Assembly: GCA_903813345.2 (NCBI GenBank)
Contig: CAIIXF020000001.1
Coordinates: forward strand, 11,284,001-11,348,000
Length of the DNA stretch: 64,000 nt
From: Owenia fusiformis
Taxonomy: Eukaryota
Direction: 5' to 3'
Part shown: piece by piece, positions 59,410 to 64,000 of the stretch
Position numbering within the stretch: the first letter of the stretch is position 1
How the letters are laid out: each line of letters begins with the position of its first letter
Notes under the pieces: generated by a model
What the model was told of the DNA's origin: nothing
What the model saw: only the letters and a program-made list of their open reading frames with translations
The model's database searches: none
Position numbers and translations under genes: made by a program

Positions 59410-60610
59410 GTAAGTAAAAGTATATAGTAAGACGAAGCTATGTTTTAAGAAGCTAAGTCAAGCTGGTGCGAAGGTTAACTGCATTGTTGATTTTTCAAAA
59501 ACACATTAAGGGTTTCATACAAAATACTTAAGTTTTTTAATCATGTTACGAGCACTGGTAGATTCTTTACTATGGTATAGACAAAACTAAGCTTATAATC
59601 TTGAGTGTAAATTTCTAACCGTCTGTTTTGCATTTTATCCACAAGATCAATTCATTGCTGTCTATCAACGTAATGCCTATATGTCTGAGCAACCCATCAC
59701 CTATTCATAATAAAACATTCACGGTTATTCGGTTCCTGCAGATTGCTACGTTGCAGTTTTTTTAGGAAATTCCCCAGAATGGCGGAGTGACCCTCTACGA
59801 TGAAAAAGTATATTAGCTACATAGTCTGCACCCCACTGTAGTGACAAATGAACAGTTGTTTAATCCGGTTGAAATGTCAAACAGACATTGTAAAAAGCTC
59901 AAATGCAATGCAGGCCCTATTAAAATATTTGTTTATTCATGGTGTTTCGCCCTTTTGATCGATATTCAAGACTACGCCACGCCGGCAGTGAAAACTCCGT
60001 GATATTAGTCTAGTTCTTCCCTGAACTTTTTACTGGATGCGTTGTATGTACACCGAAATGTCAAGTATACAGTATAGGCAGTTGCTTTCTCCCCATTCTA
60101 GGTGAAAGTCACGAGTCTGATCTGAAAACAAGAAATAGACAACCCTTTTCAATATTTTATTCATTTGCACTTCTCTAAAAGAGAGCTTCATCTAGTAATT
60201 ACTGCAACCATCTAAATCCCAGGGTATGAGTCAATGTTTTTCAAGCTAAGGCATTAGTATGACAAAATGTCACTACATATTACAAAAGTGAAATCATAGA
60301 CGTCAAACGCCGGTCAAAAAACGGCTCACGTGAAAATGGTTTCTAATATCCATGCATAACATAAGAACATTGGCCCAAATGACTTGGGCAAAGGGCAAAA
60401 AGGCCACGATGTATCAGCCAAAATCTTTGGAAACAGGTAGAACAATTGCATTTTCATGCCCTTATTTTGATTTAAATCCAAAATATATGGTACTGAAAGA
60501 TGCCATTTGAATGTGTGGGATGAAATTGAAAAATAAACTATATGAAATATGCACTTGTGTAAATAGATGTATTTGAAATATGATCACTCTGCCCATCACT
60601 CGCCACATTA

Positions 60611-60932
60611 CCAGATATTCAACATCGATTCTTTCCAAGAATTCCCATATGGGTCAAATCATGCATGCTGTCATTGTGCCTTTTACTCTCCACAAATTAC
60701 AAGATATTCAACATCGATTCTTTCCAAGAATTCCCATATGGGTCAAGTCATGCATGTTGTCACTGTGCCCTTTACTCTACATAAATAACAAGATATTCAA
60801 CATCGATTGTTTCCAAAAATTCCCTTATGGGTCAAATCATCATGCATGCTGTCATTGTGCCCTTTACTCTCCACAAATTACAAGATATTCAACATCGATT
60901 TTTCCAAGAATTCCCATATTCCCATATGGGTC
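60611..60932. repeat. ~89-bp tandem repeat, ~3.5 copies
   Basis: agatattcaacatcgatt...ccaagaattcccatatgggtcaa...catgc...tgtgcc.tttactct recurs at ~60613, 60702, 60791 and 60883. Confidence 0.9.
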
Positions 60933-61605
60933 ATTCCTCGCAACCATGTATGTCAGACAGACACGTGGTATACCGCCACGAAATCCATGGTTTTTAGTAC
61001 CATTTTATGGGTACTATAGGTAGGTCACCATGCTCTCTTTGAACATGTTCTTATGGAACCTCTGGGAACGTAAAACAATAAAGAGCCCAAATAGATCTTT
61101 CGTTTGATATACAGAGGTACGTTACATCTAATGGAACCATGATTGTTGTGTTTTCTTTGATTCTGTGCGAATCAACTAGTTGTGCAACTGAATTTGGTCT
61201 CATGTGTTCCAAACCCAGACGATATAGCAAGTGATAGCTGTTTGCTGACTATCAAATTTCTTACAACTTCTGTTCTTAATCATTTTTTATCAAGCTTTCC
61301 GAACGGCAAGCTTTTTTGTGTCACAGACGTAAAAAATAACATGGAAAATCATTTTCTCGTAATCCTATTGGCTGATCCCAGACTAGAGATCTAAATTTAC
61401 CTAACAAATGCTGTTTTTAAGTAATCGCTCCGCAACATTTCTTCACATTCAGGAACGTTTGCATTTAGCTGTACGGAGGTGCATGTGATACCAGGGAAAA
61501 CTGGCAACACTGCAAGCCGCAGCACGAAGGCATTTAAAACTTATACATCTTCATAATCATTTGTAAATATACCTCATTTTATAGACTATGAAATAGTAGA
61601 CAATT

Positions 61606-61720
61606 ATGGCGAGGACTAATTTTACAATGAGTTTATTAGTGCATTTTGTTGTCGTCGTGATATTGCAGTCCGTATTATTCCAAGATGGGGCCGTAACCGA
61701 AGCAGCCAAGAGAAGGAAGC
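61606..61720 (+). CDS. First coding exon (signal peptide) of an unidentified secreted or membrane protein; continues downstream
   Basis: Acceptor ttttatag| at 61584. ATG at 61606 gives MARTNFTMSLLVHFVVVVILQSVLFQDGAVTEAAKRRK, then a phase-1 donor c|gtaagt. A possible next micro-exon is 63901-63931 (cctag|...aag|gtaaat), low confidence. Confidence 0.65.
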
Positions 61721-64000
61721 GTAAGTATATTATTCTGATAAACAAATATGATATAATGAATTAAATAAAGAACCAAGTTATTCTTTAATATAATCATCAA
61801 ATAACAAAAACTGCGCAAATGCTGATTTCTCTCAAGTCTTATCTTAAAACCATGGCAACTTTTGTTTTAACACTGTACGAAATCGATTGAGCAAATCGGT
61901 TATCGCTAAAGATACGATTTCATGAATAGTATATATTTAAGTGAGAAAAGCTTTTAGAGCCTAAAAATCATTTTAGCATGTATGACTTGATTCGAGTTAC
62001 CAGGGATTACCCTAACATTTGAGGGAGTGGATGCTTTCATGCTACATCCATGGAATTTTTAAAATATGCTTGCACCAACATGAAAACAGTTTTGCACCAA
62101 GTTAAAAATCATGAAAATTCGCCAAATTTGACCAACTTAAGGCTTTACTATGTAAAAAGAATTTCGAACTCATTTGGAAAAAGACGACTGAGTTACACAT
62201 CCAAAAAGTTGATTCATTAGTTACGAGAGTTCAGGAAGGCAACTCCTGCTGTTTGAGCATTCCTAGTTGTCGAATTTGCACATTCAGTACAAGAATGAGT
62301 GATGTATCTATTCTTGACGATAGAGCCGGATATTTAGGGCATCGATCATTAGGCGAAAAACTTTGTATTTTAAGGTTTTTAACCCGTATCATTATAACTT
62401 TCTCTACCTTTTTTCATAATCTGTGTTACATGGTCGACCTTCTTCCAGTTTCATATCTACATCTCATAACTCTTTCATGTAGACCACCAATACCTCAGAT
62501 CAATTACATTCTAAAAGCAATCATGAGTTTTACCACATGTGGTTATTTTGTGCAATGATATCCCCATCAAAGTCTAGCTTTTATCTACAGAGGTCCTTTA
62601 CCCACCCAGGGGTTACATTGTTCCACTACATACTACTTTAATTTGTTCATTTATCAGACGGGAAATTTTTGACTTTTGCATCGTCTTTATCATCAGTGCA
62701 CATTTGCTGTCTGGAAGGAACCATTAAATCTTGAGGAACATTACCTTCCAGTAAGATATATTGCATATGAGAATGTAAAGAGCGTTATTCGGAAAGAACC
62801 CACAAATGGTAACACAAGAAGAGCAAAATTACATCCAAATCAAATATATATTAATCAATAAACAAAAAATGGACCGATACATTATATCAGATACAAGATT
62901 TATATAATATGGGTAATTATTTGAAGTAAGTAATTTGAGCAGGTTTTTATAAATATTTTTATAAGTGTATATTTCAACGTCAAGTACTTTAATTTCTGTT
63001 TACCATATCCCCCACAATGATCCGTCCTGGCCTTGATTTTCAAGTATAAACCGATAAAGTTGTTATTAGAAAAAAATGTTAAAGCGGCAGTGAATGACCG
63101 AGAGTGTAAAATATTGGAAGCAGTTTTTAAGACGCATTCCTGGGTGAATAAATATAATCCTAAATGTACGATTTCTGAAACAAAAATTGTGATATCTAAT
63201 TAATCAAATATGATATTTTTTGTACGATTTAAGGTGCAGATATGTCCAAATTAAAGGACATCCACCCCTTCAAAATTATTGCTATGAACAAGGATAAGGA
63301 TTATCATGAAATTAACTTTTGAACTATTGTGAATATTATATGATTTTGTGAAAGTTGTTCTCAATTTGTTTCTTGTCTTAGTTGCACTTTAAGACAGCTG
63401 TATATCATAAAACATTCAAATTAGTCTGTTCGTTACATCATGGCCTTGTTGGAAAAAGTACACATATGGTTTATTTAAATCATTCTGATCGTTGTAATAC
63501 ATTTTAAAAACATGGGTTTCTTTTCTAGTCCTGTAATTCGCTGACTTTAAATGAGACTGTTTAATTGAGGCAGACAAACTCGTTTTTATTTCTAAAAACC
63601 CTTCTTGTTTTTCAAATGTTCCTACTTCAGTGTTTTCGTATTTGCTGAAATCATCTGTCTCTTATAATTGTTGTGTTTCTTTGTGACAGCACTTTTTGCG
63701 AACTACTCTTATTTATTATCGGCCAAATATCATACATTTATTTTCAGTTTTCCGTCTTTGGATATGTTTGGTTTTCTTCAAGCTAGATGCATGCTGTGAC
63801 TAATGAAATTATTAATGGTATATATGTCAAATTCAGAAGTAGAAGGCAATTTAAACAGTCATGCCGGCTGTTAAAAGTTAAAACTCGTTACTTATCCTAG
63901 AAAATCACAACAGGGAATGGGAATATACAAGGTAAATAGTTGACCTTAGAGTGTCCTGAAAGGTTGGACGTAATGGGTAGTTTTTTTAGTTACGTTTACA

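Noticed and set aside
60567-61023. ORFs of 73, 147 and 70 aa with internal repeats
   Set aside because: They are by-products of the ~89-bp tandem repeat, are open in several frames, and have no domain signal.
61557-61745. 62-aa - strand ORF resembling a signal peptide protein
   Set aside because: It has a non-ATG start. The + strand reading has an ATG, consensus acceptor and donor, and a better signal peptide.
62580-62861. Candidate second coding exon of the 61606 gene
   Set aside because: The phase-1 acceptors tested give short frames with early stops and no motif, so none could be supported.

Overview
AT-rich, intron-containing animal genomic DNA, probably a marine invertebrate (lophotrochozoan-like repeat landscape; species not identifiable from sequence alone). 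Exons were stitched by hand using GT-AG sites and phase. (1) The 3' half of an SLC6 Na+/Cl- transporter (+, 11 exons, 1-5917) with atypical substrate-pocket residues. (2) A ZDHHC22/24-like palmitoyltransferase with a single coding exon (-, 15055-16140). (3) A 14-exon, ~856-aa matrix metalloproteinase (-, 28193-37401) that lacks hemopexin and instead has 7 TSP1 repeats, 3 ShKT domains and an N-terminal amphipathic 11-mer repeat. (4) Directly upstream on the same strand, a 6-exon, ~372-aa predicted GPI-anchored Ly6/uPAR three-finger protein (-, 39170-49881) whose LU domain is split by a ~145-residue acidic/Tyr-rich/dibasic insertion. (5) The signal-peptide exon of an unidentified secreted protein (+, 61606-61720). 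The rest is dense with non-autonomous transposons (hAT, Tc1/mariner, Kolobok-like, piggyBac-like, MULE-like, Helentron/HINE-like, Penelope-like), several of them nested, with empty sites visible inside the window. The most novel items are the MMP architecture, the split LU protein and their adjacency.
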